Shown: piece after piece, positions 48,993-57,514 of the stretch
Layout of the letters: each line of letters opens with the position of its first letter
Numbering within the stretch: position 1 is the stretch's first letter
Assembly (NCBI GenBank): GCA_964550955.1
Contig: CAZKAF010000001.1
Location: 393,920 to 457,919, forward strand
Source of the DNA: an uncultured Candidatus Saccharibacteria bacterium
GTDB lineage: Bacteria; Patescibacteriota; Minisyncoccia; Phycocordibacterales; CAIZLB01
DNA: 64,000 bases
Direction: 5' to 3'
Position numbers and translations under genes: made by a program
The notes under the pieces: model-generated
What the model was told of the DNA's origin: nothing
The model's database searches: none
The model's input: only the letters and a program-made list of their open reading frames with translations

Positions 48993-49703
48993 TTAATGGT
49001 TAAATATTCTCCTGAAAAATGACCCCTTGCTGCTTGGCAGCGGGCCGTGCTTGTTAGCTTTCGGATTTCCCTTTTTGGTCATCAGGACGACGAACAGGAT
49101 GGCCAAGGCGACGTATAGCGCCCAATAGCCGATATCGAACATGTTGCCTGCCGGCGGAATGAAGAAGGCGAGAAACAGAAGGCTGAGCACGCCGGGCAAT
49201 TCGAGATTGTGGAGCCTCCTCGTTATGAGCGAGAGCATCATGACCGTCACGGGAGCCAGGACGAAGGGAATGGCCATTATGAAAATGCCCTCCTCGTCGC
49301 GGCTTATGAACTTCATCATCGATTTATAGAACCCCGGAGTCGAGAGCGACAGGAGAAGCGAGCCCAGCGAAAGGACGACGTACCCTATGCCGAAGAAGAA
49401 AAGGAAGCCGAGAATGAAATCTTTCCTCCGCAGCCGGCCGGAAAAGAGCCCGTGCTGGATTTTTCCGATGGCGGAATCGTGATAGCGGTCCAGATGGAGC
49501 ACCTTGCTCAGGGGAGGAAGGAAGCCGTTATGCGCGACGATGTCCTGATGCACTTCCCGGTAGCTTCTCTTGATGGACTCGAATCCTTCCCGTATGTGCT
49601 CCTCGGAGAATCCCGCGCGATGAAGCATGCTCTTTATGTCGTGAGGATGAACCGCGTGCTCAAGCTTCATTTTTATGAAAGAGACTATTCCGTGATTGCT
49701 CAT
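48993..49703 (-). CDS. Membrane protein, DUF805-like
   Basis: The RLRRKDFILGFLFFFGIGYVV region resembles DUF805. Start MSNHGIV follows extended -10 TGGTATTAT. Confidence 0.4.
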   Translation of the reverse strand: MSNHGIVSFIKMKLEHAVHPHDIKSMLHRAGFSEEHIREGFESIKRSYREVHQDIVAHNGFLPPLSKVLHLDRYHDSAIGKIQHGLFSGRLRRKDFILGFLFFFGIGYVVLSLGSLLLSLSTPGFYKSMMKFISRDEEGIFIMAIPFVLAPVTVMMLSLITRRLHNLELPGVLSLLFLAFFIPPAGNMFDIGYWALYVALAILFVVLMTKKGNPKANKHGPLPSSKGSFFRRIFNH

Positions 49704-49723
49704 AGTGTTAGTATAATACCAAA

Positions 49724-50224
49724 CTAGCTCTCCAACAATGAGGTTATGTACGCGTAATGCTTTTCCGAGACCGGCTGGATGGAAAGACGGCTCCCCTTTT
49801 GGCACACCATCATGTCGGCAAGCTTCGGATCTTTCTTTATTTCCGCCAAGGGCAGAGGACGCTTGAATTTTTTCACGAAAGCGAAATCGACAAGGAACCA
49901 GACGGAATCGTATTCGACGCCATTTTGTTCCGCCTCGGCCTTGCGCTTGGCAGACTTCGGATCATAATGCTCGTCCTTGGGATCAAGGGCCGTCGGATCG
50001 GGATACGGCTTGGTAACGACTTTTGCCAGCCCGTATATGCCATTCGGAAATTCCTTCGAAGCGGAGCTTGAATGGTAAAAGAAAGCCAGGTCTCCGACTT
50101 TCATCTGATTTTTCATGTAATTTCGAGCTTGGAAATTCCTCACGCCGGACCACGGGGTTCTCTTGTCCCTCTTAAGGTCGTCAATCGAGTAGCAATCCCC
50201 TTCGGACTTTATGAGCCAGTGCAT
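49724..50224 (-). CDS. EVE (PUA-like) domain protein
   Basis: MHWLIKSEGDCYSIDDLKRDKRTPWSGVRNFQARNYMKNQMKVGDLAFFYHS matches the EVE-domain N-terminal consensus. Confidence 0.8.
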   Translation of the reverse strand: MHWLIKSEGDCYSIDDLKRDKRTPWSGVRNFQARNYMKNQMKVGDLAFFYHSSSASKEFPNGIYGLAKVVTKPYPDPTALDPKDEHYDPKSAKRKAEAEQNGVEYDSVWFLVDFAFVKKFKRPLPLAEIKKDPKLADMMVCQKGSRLSIQPVSEKHYAYITSLLES

Positions 50225-50230
50225 GCGCTT

Positions 50231-51658
50231 TTATTTTTCAAGGATAACGAAGCTTAGAATCTGGACCGAGTTCGATTCGCCTATCGCGAAGACGACCGCG
50301 GCAGTATAGGAAATGCGACCGTTTGTATAGTCCACAAGCGCCCGATCGACGCCGTCAAACGAGACGTTGGTTACCCTGAAGACAGGATTCCCCTTCTTCG
50401 GCGACAGCGTATTTATGTTCTGAACGATATGCCGAGTGACAGCATCCCTGACTTCTTTCGAGAGAGTGCTTACCGAAGTCGAGGTAGAAGGACGAGCGCC
50501 TGCAGGAAGGCTGGAGCCGTTCGTGGAAGTGCCGGAACTTGTCGGCGGAGTGACAACAGGACGGTTCGCCGCAGGAGTCATGCCCAGATAATAATACGCA
50601 TAGCCTCCTCCCGCGAGCAGGAGAACGAACACTATGCTGATTGCAATCCAAATCTTCTTCATGGCGCCTCCCGACTGATGAACCACGGTCCTCTGGGAAG
50701 CGTTCGGAGTGGTATATGGGGTACTTGGCGGAGCATAAACCGGAGGGGATACAGGCGGGACATTCGGAGAGGATCCGTACGGCGCATTTTGTCCGGACGG
50801 CGCGGCGTATGAGGAATATTGACCAGGACTGCTTGGCCTGGCTGCCGGAGCCGCAGACGACATGCCGCTAAAGCCGACAGGGGCATACCCTGATCCGAAA
50901 GAAGCGCTTGCAGGTTCGCCCGCATAAGGGGTCGCGGAAGGAGCCTGATTTCCTGCCGGAGCAGCGGAAGGAGCAGTGGGCTGCGCCGGCGATGCGGGAT
51001 TTGCATTCATGCTCGTTGGCGCCGGAGAAAATCCGGACGGAGCGGCAGGAGACGGACTTTGCGCGGAAGCGGATGCGATGCTTGAAAAAGATTCCGCGCT
51101 TTGCATCGTACGCACGGTTTCAGACGAAGGCGACACGACGGAAGAATAAGAAACGACCGGAGGCAGGTCAGAAACAGCATTTGAAAAATTCGAGACGGGA
51201 GACGGAGCGGGCGCCGATGCTGGCGCGGCGGACGCTCGGACTGGAGAAAACTCGGGTACGGGCGGCGGTGCAACAGGTGCGCGCATGGGCGAGAATTCGG
51301 GAGCCGGCGAGGACGATGACGGCGAAGCGCTTTTCGGCATTCCGATAAACTGAGGATTTTCGCTTGGGCCAGATGCGCCGGGAACGGCACTTGAGGCATT
51401 CGCAAAGCCGGGATTTGCCGAGGGGTTGGCGGCAGGCATGCTTGCCCCAGAATTATTCATGATGTCGCCGAAGCTGACCGGAGAAGACGTAACGTCCAAT
51501 GATCCGGGCAAGTTCGTCGGCGGCACGGCCTGCGACGGGACAGAGGCGCCCATGCTGTTATTTTGAAAATTTCCGCCGGCAGGATTGCCCGATCCGTACG
51601 CCGGATTGCCGTTGGAAGAATTATTAACTGAACCATCTGGAATAATGTTTTTGTCCAT
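50231..51658 (-). CDS. Bitopic membrane protein: about 330-aa Pro/Ser/Ala-rich disordered N-terminal (predicted cytoplasmic) region, one TM helix, about 125-aa C-terminal extracytoplasmic domain
   Basis: Low-complexity N-terminus, TM helix KKIWIAISIVFVLLLAGGGYAYYYL, globular C-terminus. Start lies 21 nt after the lexA stop on the same strand. Confidence 0.5.
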   Translation of the reverse strand: MDKNIIPDGSVNNSSNGNPAYGSGNPAGGNFQNNSMGASVPSQAVPPTNLPGSLDVTSSPVSFGDIMNNSGASMPAANPSANPGFANASSAVPGASGPSENPQFIGMPKSASPSSSSPAPEFSPMRAPVAPPPVPEFSPVRASAAPASAPAPSPVSNFSNAVSDLPPVVSYSSVVSPSSETVRTMQSAESFSSIASASAQSPSPAAPSGFSPAPTSMNANPASPAQPTAPSAAPAGNQAPSATPYAGEPASASFGSGYAPVGFSGMSSAAPAARPSSPGQYSSYAAPSGQNAPYGSSPNVPPVSPPVYAPPSTPYTTPNASQRTVVHQSGGAMKKIWIAISIVFVLLLAGGGYAYYYLGMTPAANRPVVTPPTSSGTSTNGSSLPAGARPSTSTSVSTLSKEVRDAVTRHIVQNINTLSPKKGNPVFRVTNVSFDGVDRALVDYTNGRISYTAAVVFAIGESNSVQILSFVILEK

Positions 51659-51679
51659 ATGCCTATAAGTATACCACTT

Positions 51680-52255
51680 TTAAATTTTTCGGATAACAGC
51701 CTTAACAACAGCCGCTATCTTCAGGTCATACTCAGGATAGATGTTCTTGAAATTTTTATTTGCAGGCTCGAGATACGGCCGACCCTTCTTGTCCACGCGA
51801 TAATATTTCATGGTCCAGCCGCCATCAACTTCGGCAATGACGATGTCGCCGATTTTGGCCTGATGCCCTTTTTCAACCAAGACCATGTCCCCTTCGGCGA
51901 TATGCGCCTCTATCATTGATTCCCCTTTCACTTCCAGCATGAAGGTAGAGCCCTTAACGTCTCCCAGCAGCATGTCCTCGATGCTTGTCATGTCGAGCAT
52001 TTCTTCCTCCGCAGTTGTCGGCATGCCGGCTTCGACAAGTCCGAGCACAGGTATCTCGCCCGCAAGCCTCTGCGGGATGAGTCGGCCCCGAGAGTCTTTT
52101 TCGAATATGCCATCCTCGACGAGCTTGTTCAGCAATTTATAAACCGCGTTCTTTGACTTGAAGCCGACAAGCTTCATTATTTCGTTATAGCCGGGAACGC
52201 GACGGTTCTGCTTGTAGAAATTAACGATTTTCTGCTTGTAGTCCTGATAGTTCAT
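51680..52255 (-). CDS. lexA: LexA repressor (S24 peptidase)
   Basis: N-terminal winged-helix DNA-binding domain, cleavage region, catalytic Ser (GESMIEA) and Lys (TMKYY) motifs. Confidence 0.85.
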   Translation of the reverse strand: MNYQDYKQKIVNFYKQNRRVPGYNEIMKLVGFKSKNAVYKLLNKLVEDGIFEKDSRGRLIPQRLAGEIPVLGLVEAGMPTTAEEEMLDMTSIEDMLLGDVKGSTFMLEVKGESMIEAHIAEGDMVLVEKGHQAKIGDIVIAEVDGGWTMKYYRVDKKGRPYLEPANKNFKNIYPEYDLKIAAVVKAVIRKI

Positions 52256-52275
52256 TTATATATAGTGATTCTATC

Positions 52276-52473
52276 TTAGAACAGGAACGAAGCCAATGAA
52301 AAGGTTCGGGCGAGCGAAGCTTCGCTTTCAAGCCTTCGAAGCTGCGACACGAGATCCTTGTGCTTCTTCGCTTCCCGATCATAACTTTCCCCTCGCACGA
52401 TCTTGTGATCGATCTTGCTGTTAAGCTTTCCGAGCTCCCTTCTAATCGCGAACATAAGTGTCATTTTTCTCAT
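52276..52473 (-). CDS. Small ORF between the SOS promoter and lexA (65 aa)
   Basis: ORF only. No homology recognised. May be part of a long leader rather than a gene. Confidence 0.2.
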   Translation of the reverse strand: MRKMTLMFAIRRELGKLNSKIDHKIVRGESYDREAKKHKDLVSQLRRLESEASLARTFSLASFLF

Positions 52474-52544
52474 GGTTTTTTTATTTAATTTATTGATTGC
52501 TAATTGTTTTTTTACTGCGGTTCCTAATTTCCGTATGTATTTTT

Positions 52545-52573
52545 AGTATAGGTGAACCATAGTTCACTGTCAA
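52545..52573 (-). promoter_or_regulatory. SOS promoter: TTGACA (-35), 17-nt spacer carrying a LexA box, TATACT (-10)
   Basis: Minus-strand reading: TTGACA GTGAACTATGGTTCACC TATACT. The box at 52552-52567 (GTGAACCATAGTTCAC) is a perfect GAAC-N4-GTTC palindrome of the Cheo-box type. Confidence 0.6.
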
Positions 52574-52631
52574 TAAATTCCCTATCGAAACCTGTGTATA
52601 ACTTTAATGAGCTTGGACGCTTAGGCTGATC

Positions 52632-54113
52632 TTATGTTCGACTTGAGAGAAAGTTTATGATTCTTTCATCTACCTGAACGTCTCTCGGCGACAGCGGCGT
52701 GAGCAGCGTGATGCCTTCCATGCTTCTCACTCGGCTGAGCGCGACATATGCCTGGCCGTGAGCGAACGTGCCCTTGCCGAAATCGATGACGGCCTTGTCA
52801 AACGTCTTGCCTTGGCTCTTGTGAATGGTTACTGCCCAGGCCAGCTTGACCGGAAGCTGAACGTACTTGCCCACGACTTCCGACGAGACGGCATTGCTCA
52901 TGTCGTCGTATTCGTATCGGACCGACTCCCAGCTCTCGCTCTCCACCTCTTCAGTCTTGCCGTTCTCAAGCAATACGTGTATCGAGGTCGAGCCCATCTT
53001 CTTGACGACTCCGATGTCGCCGTTCACCCACCGGCCCACCGCGTCATTCTTTACCATCATGACCTGTGCGCCGGTCTTCAGGACAAGGGCGCTGGGGACC
53101 GGCGTATTTTTCTGATCGAACGTGCCGACGAGAGACCCCTTGTACGTCTTTGACGGAGAGTCTATTTTCTTGAGTTCTTTCTCGTTGATGGAGTCAGCCA
53201 TGGCATTCGTCGTAACCAGATGAATAACCCTGGCAGCAGAATTCCCAACATCGTTCTTGCCGGAAAAGCCGTTCGCGCTTTTGGAGCCCGCCTTGCTTCC
53301 GCCGAACTTGCCGGACCTCGAACCCGCAGATTCTTCCGCATCCAGGCTGATGATAGTTTCAGACCCGTCGCCGTCGAAGACGTCTATGCCGTCGTACTCG
53401 CCGCCGTAGCCCCCCTCGGAATACTGAGGCGCCCCCCGGGCATTTTTTTTGTCGAACGAGCCGTTCGTGCAGCAGATAGAATTTATCTTATATATGTGGT
53501 TCGGCTCTATCTGTCCGATGCGCATCTTGTCCAGGATGCTGATGAATTCGTGATCGCTTTGCCGATATACTTCGGTCAGCTCGGCGACCTGGAACTCGCC
53601 CCTCTGATACGCTTTCGAATCGAAAAAATAAGGACTCTCATACTTGCTCGTGAACAGGTATTGTTCGTGGGGAGAAACGATGGGCGGAAGCTGAAACAGG
53701 TCGCCGATGACCACGATCTGCACCCCTCCGAACGGCTCCCCGGGAGTCGGTCCGTTGAGCCTCAGGAACTTTTCAATGCAATCGAACAGGTCCGCGCGAA
53801 CCATGGATATCTCGTCGATGACAAGAATGTCTATCTTCTTGTACAGCTTCGCGAGCTCCGCATTCGTCGTGACATGCATGTCCTGCTCGCTTACTCCGAT
53901 CTTGAATTTGAAAAAGCTGTGAATGGTCTGCCCCTTCACGTTCAGCGCCGCGATGCCCGTCGGAGCGACGACAGCGACGTTCTTTTTCGTCGTATCCCTG
54001 AAATGGCTGAGAAGGGTCGACTTGCCAGTGCCGGCCCGGCCCGTAATGAACAGATTCTGCTTCGATCCTTCTAAAATTTCAATGACATCTTGAGCTTCCG
54101 CGGATAATTTCAT
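52632..54113 (-). CDS. Pif1/RecD-family 5'-3' DNA helicase
   Basis: Walker A ITGRAGTGKSTLL, VVAPTGIAA, Walker B VIDEISMV, and C-terminal VTIHKSQGKTFD...AYVALSRVRS. A G/S-rich insertion is present. Preceded by TTTTTCTGCTACTATGTAGCC-ATG. Confidence 0.75.
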   Translation of the reverse strand: MKLSAEAQDVIEILEGSKQNLFITGRAGTGKSTLLSHFRDTTKKNVAVVAPTGIAALNVKGQTIHSFFKFKIGVSEQDMHVTTNAELAKLYKKIDILVIDEISMVRADLFDCIEKFLRLNGPTPGEPFGGVQIVVIGDLFQLPPIVSPHEQYLFTSKYESPYFFDSKAYQRGEFQVAELTEVYRQSDHEFISILDKMRIGQIEPNHIYKINSICCTNGSFDKKNARGAPQYSEGGYGGEYDGIDVFDGDGSETIISLDAEESAGSRSGKFGGSKAGSKSANGFSGKNDVGNSAARVIHLVTTNAMADSINEKELKKIDSPSKTYKGSLVGTFDQKNTPVPSALVLKTGAQVMMVKNDAVGRWVNGDIGVVKKMGSTSIHVLLENGKTEEVESESWESVRYEYDDMSNAVSSEVVGKYVQLPVKLAWAVTIHKSQGKTFDKAVIDFGKGTFAHGQAYVALSRVRSMEGITLLTPLSPRDVQVDERIINFLSSRT

Positions 54114-54142
54114 GGGCTACATAGTAGCAGAAAAAGCAACGC

Positions 54143-54176
54143 AAAACCCCTTGACCGCTTGAGGCCGAGGGGTTTT
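54143..54176 (-). terminator. Terminator downstream of surface protein B
   Basis: aaaacccct/aggggtttt stem with flanking A and T runs. Confidence 0.6.
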
Positions 54177-54223
54177 AGTCAAGACGGCGATGCCGCTTGA
54201 AGCGTGCGAGCCGGAACCCGTCC

Positions 54224-55504
54224 TTAAAGACCTTTCCTTTGCCTCTGCATTTCCTTGAATCTTTCCGCGATATTCGCGCTCATGCCCGCGCTTGCGGCAT
54301 TGCTGCCGGCGCTTCCCCTTAATGCAGCCGAGGACTCTTTGGCTCCGTAATTCTTATGAAGCACGTATGCCGCGAAGAGGCTCCAGAGCGCAAGAGCGAA
54401 CGTGAAAAGCGTCATCTTGAGGCCGAAGCTGATGCCGGTTGCCGGAATCTGATTGAGAAATACTCCTGACACCGGCTGACCGACCGTCGGAGCGTACGTC
54501 GTAGGCTGGACATACGTATATGTCGGCTGAACATATTGCGACTGGTACGGATAGTAGTAGTTATGGTCATAATAATTTGACCCGTAGTACGTCGAGCCGT
54601 ATCCATAGTATGAAGTTACCGTCACAAGAAGGCTCGTGCACGCATAGCTGAGGGATGTCGAGCAGATGCTGAACGAGACGGTTCCCGGATTCGTAGCGGT
54701 GACCTGGACGGTATTGTTGTTGACGATGCTCGCGGACGCGATGTTCGCTCCCGGGCTGTTTGAAATGTAATAAGAACCGGATCCGCCGTAAATCGTGACG
54801 GACTGAACCTGGCCCTGCTGAAGCGTGACGGAACTCTGGCTCAAAGTCACCGATGACGAGCCTCCCCACCACGTGCTGTTCACCGTCACGAAAAGATTGG
54901 CGCAGCCGCCGGACGAAGCCTGGGAGCAGACGCTGAAAGTCATCGATCCTTGAGACACGCCGGTTACCGAAATCGCGTTTCCGACAATGTTTGCCGTCGC
55001 GACATTCGAATTAGAATTTGAAGAAATATAATAGCTGCCGCTGCCGCCATATATCTGAGTCGAGGCGGTCTGGTTCGAGTTCACGCTCAGCGAGGACTGG
55101 CCGAAGTAAATTTGCCCGCCCGTCGATCCGCCTGATGACGGCCACGTGGCGCTCATGGATTGGAAGCCGTTCACGACGACGTAGACGATGCTGCCGCTTT
55201 GGATATTGTATTGGCCCGAAGAAACCGTAGTCGAAAATGATCCTGCATAGTTTGTCGTGCCGATAGTGCCCGCATAAACGGCGTTGCCGGAACCGGAAGG
55301 ATAATAATAAAGAAGGACGCTCGCATTCGGATCGGCGTTCACTCCGATATGGACCTGATTGCCGCCGACAGATGACACGGAAAGATGCGCCGTGGCTGCG
55401 GCAGCCTGGCCCGGAACGGCCACGGCCGCCAAGGCGACTGAAAATAACCCTATGAATAAGGATGCGACGAGACCAGCCGTGAAAAGGTTTTTTATGTTCT
55501 TCAT
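54224..55504 (-). CDS. Secreted surface protein with tandem roughly 90-aa Ig-like repeats and a C-terminal (I)PATG sorting-signal-like anchor (paralog of 34674-35999 at the C-terminus)
   Basis: Signal peptide, two repeats beginning IYGGSGSYYIS, Y-rich region, then PVSGVFLNQIPATGISFGLKMTLF...AAYVL, a basic stop-transfer and a 44-aa tail. Confidence 0.6.
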   Translation of the reverse strand: MKNIKNLFTAGLVASLFIGLFSVALAAVAVPGQAAAATAHLSVSSVGGNQVHIGVNADPNASVLLYYYPSGSGNAVYAGTIGTTNYAGSFSTTVSSGQYNIQSGSIVYVVVNGFQSMSATWPSSGGSTGGQIYFGQSSLSVNSNQTASTQIYGGSGSYYISSNSNSNVATANIVGNAISVTGVSQGSMTFSVCSQASSGGCANLFVTVNSTWWGGSSSVTLSQSSVTLQQGQVQSVTIYGGSGSYYISNSPGANIASASIVNNNTVQVTATNPGTVSFSICSTSLSYACTSLLVTVTSYYGYGSTYYGSNYYDHNYYYPYQSQYVQPTYTYVQPTTYAPTVGQPVSGVFLNQIPATGISFGLKMTLFTFALALWSLFAAYVLHKNYGAKESSAALRGSAGSNAASAGMSANIAERFKEMQRQRKGL

Positions 55505-55609
55505 GATAGGCGTACTATACGCCTATCAGCAGGCAAATTCAAGCATTTGCAAGCCGCGAGGATTCCGCAGACTTTGACTGCCGAGGACTTCAGACAAGAG
55601 TCAGAAAGG

Positions 55610-57505
55610 CTAGGAATGCTTCGAGCTCGTGCCGATGAGCCGCACGGCCTCGTCGAAATCTCCGGCAAACACAACATGCGACTTGTTTACGAAAAGTATC
55701 TCATCCGCATCCTTGATAGTATTGAGCCTATGGGCAATTATCACTTTGGTCGTATCCGAACTCAATACAGCAAGCGCCTTGGTAAGAAGATTCTCAGTAA
55801 TGGTGTCAATGTTCGCGGTCGCCTCGTCGAGTATCAGGAGCTTCGGCTTTCTGAGGACCGCTCGCATGAACGAGATAAGCTGCTTCTGCCCGATGCTCAG
55901 GCCCGAACCTTGGGTAATTTTCGTCGCGAGGCCGTCAGCAAACCGCTCCATGATTTCGGCGAGTCCTTGTTTCCTCAGCATGCCCGATAATTCCTCATCA
56001 GTAAGATTGGCAAGAGCGTCATTTCCGTATTTTATATTTTCCGCGACAGTGCCAGTGAACAAGACGGGATCTTGCAGGATGACGCTTGTCAGGCTCGTTC
56101 TCTCATGTACCGCATAGCTTCGTATGTCCCTTCCGTTCAGATAGACAGTACCGGAAGTCGGGTCATACAAACGTGCCATAAGGCTGGCGAGAGTCGATTT
56201 GCCTCCGCCCGTCGGGCCGACAAGCGCATATGTCTTCCCCGGCTCAAAACGAAAATTAACCTCTTCGAGAACATTCGCCCCGTCTTCATATCCAAAATAA
56301 ACGTCCCTGAACGAGAGGATGCCGAGACCGTCAGTCGCGCCGGCCTTTTGCGGCCCTGAGCCATGCAAGCGTGCTTCCGAGCTTAGGTGAATTTCCGCGC
56401 CCTGCTTGTTTGTTGCGCTTGATGCGGCAGGTTCTGGAATCACTTCCATGGAATTCTCCAAATTGAACAGGATGCGCAGCCTTGACCATGCAGCCAGGGC
56501 GACCTCGATAGTTCCGAAAATAGTTGCCAGAATTCGAAGCGGATCATAAAACCGCTGCGTGTAGCTGACATACGCGATCAAAAGGCCGACAGTCAGCTGC
56601 CCGACCGTAATCAGATGAAATCCGTACAGAAGAACGAGCGCGAGCGCGATGAAGCCGGCGAAGTCATAGATGGGCTCGAGTATCCTGTTCATGACATCGG
56701 CCCGATAGGCGTTCTTGAACGTGGACAGGTTCACTTTCTTGAGATGATCCTTGAAATAATCTCTTTTTCCGTATGCCGCGATTACCCTGAAGTTCGACAG
56801 ATTCTCCTGCATTGACGAAGACAGCCTTCCGACCACCTCGAGATTCTTCTTGTTGAATCGCTCGAGAAACGGCGTGAGGAGCAAAGTTGCCAAGAAGATG
56901 ATGAGAAGGCCGGAGAGCATCACCAGCCCCAGCTTCCAATTCAGGCTGACAGCGAAGACGGCGATGCCGAATATCACGAAGAAGCTTCCGACGAAGCGCG
57001 GCAACCCTTCGGACAGGAACTGGTTCAGCTTGTCCGTGTCATTGTTGATTCTCGATATCAGGTCGCCGACCTTGTTCTGATTGAAAAAGGCGATGGGCAG
57101 ATCCTGTATCTTCTTGAACAGCTCGGAACGCAATCTGAAAAGCGTTCTCTGGGACACTCCCCCCACGATTCTCGACTGGGCATATCCGAACGCGGTAGTG
57201 ACGAGATACAATCCGAAAAGCCCCGCAAGCATCCATGCCAATCCGGCCTTGTCGCCCTGAACGATATACGTGTCGACGGCATGCGCTACCAGGAAAGGAG
57301 TGATCACTCCGGCGACCGAATTCAAGACTATGAAGAAGAATGACACGAGCAGCACTTTCCCCTCGCCTCTCAAGTACTGATAGAATTCTTTCGCGCCCCT
57401 CAGAACATCCTTTCTGGAAGCGGAAACCTGCTCATGAAGAAGGTCTTCGTCGGTCTTCGCCAAGGCATAGCTTATTCTCTTGTTGGTTTTATTGGTATCG
57501 GTCAT
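55610..57505 (-). CDS. ABC exporter permease/ATPase, heterodimer half with degenerate signature motif
   Basis: Six-TM domain plus NBD. Walker A GPTGGGKST, signature LSIGQKQ (degenerate), Walker B ILDEATANID, H-loop AHRL. Confidence 0.85.
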   Translation of the reverse strand: MTDTNKTNKRISYALAKTDEDLLHEQVSASRKDVLRGAKEFYQYLRGEGKVLLVSFFFIVLNSVAGVITPFLVAHAVDTYIVQGDKAGLAWMLAGLFGLYLVTTAFGYAQSRIVGGVSQRTLFRLRSELFKKIQDLPIAFFNQNKVGDLISRINNDTDKLNQFLSEGLPRFVGSFFVIFGIAVFAVSLNWKLGLVMLSGLLIIFLATLLLTPFLERFNKKNLEVVGRLSSSMQENLSNFRVIAAYGKRDYFKDHLKKVNLSTFKNAYRADVMNRILEPIYDFAGFIALALVLLYGFHLITVGQLTVGLLIAYVSYTQRFYDPLRILATIFGTIEVALAAWSRLRILFNLENSMEVIPEPAASSATNKQGAEIHLSSEARLHGSGPQKAGATDGLGILSFRDVYFGYEDGANVLEEVNFRFEPGKTYALVGPTGGGKSTLASLMARLYDPTSGTVYLNGRDIRSYAVHERTSLTSVILQDPVLFTGTVAENIKYGNDALANLTDEELSGMLRKQGLAEIMERFADGLATKITQGSGLSIGQKQLISFMRAVLRKPKLLILDEATANIDTITENLLTKALAVLSSDTTKVIIAHRLNTIKDADEILFVNKSHVVFAGDFDEAVRLIGTSSKHS

Positions 57506-57514
57506 ATGTTCGGA

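Noticed and set aside
52256-52300. Second LexA operator immediately upstream of lexA (GTTCctGTTC on the minus strand).
   Set aside because: It is a direct repeat with 2-nt spacing, not the GAAC-N4-GTTC palindrome found at 52552-52567. Only weakly similar to alphaproteobacterial GTTC-N7-GTTC boxes.
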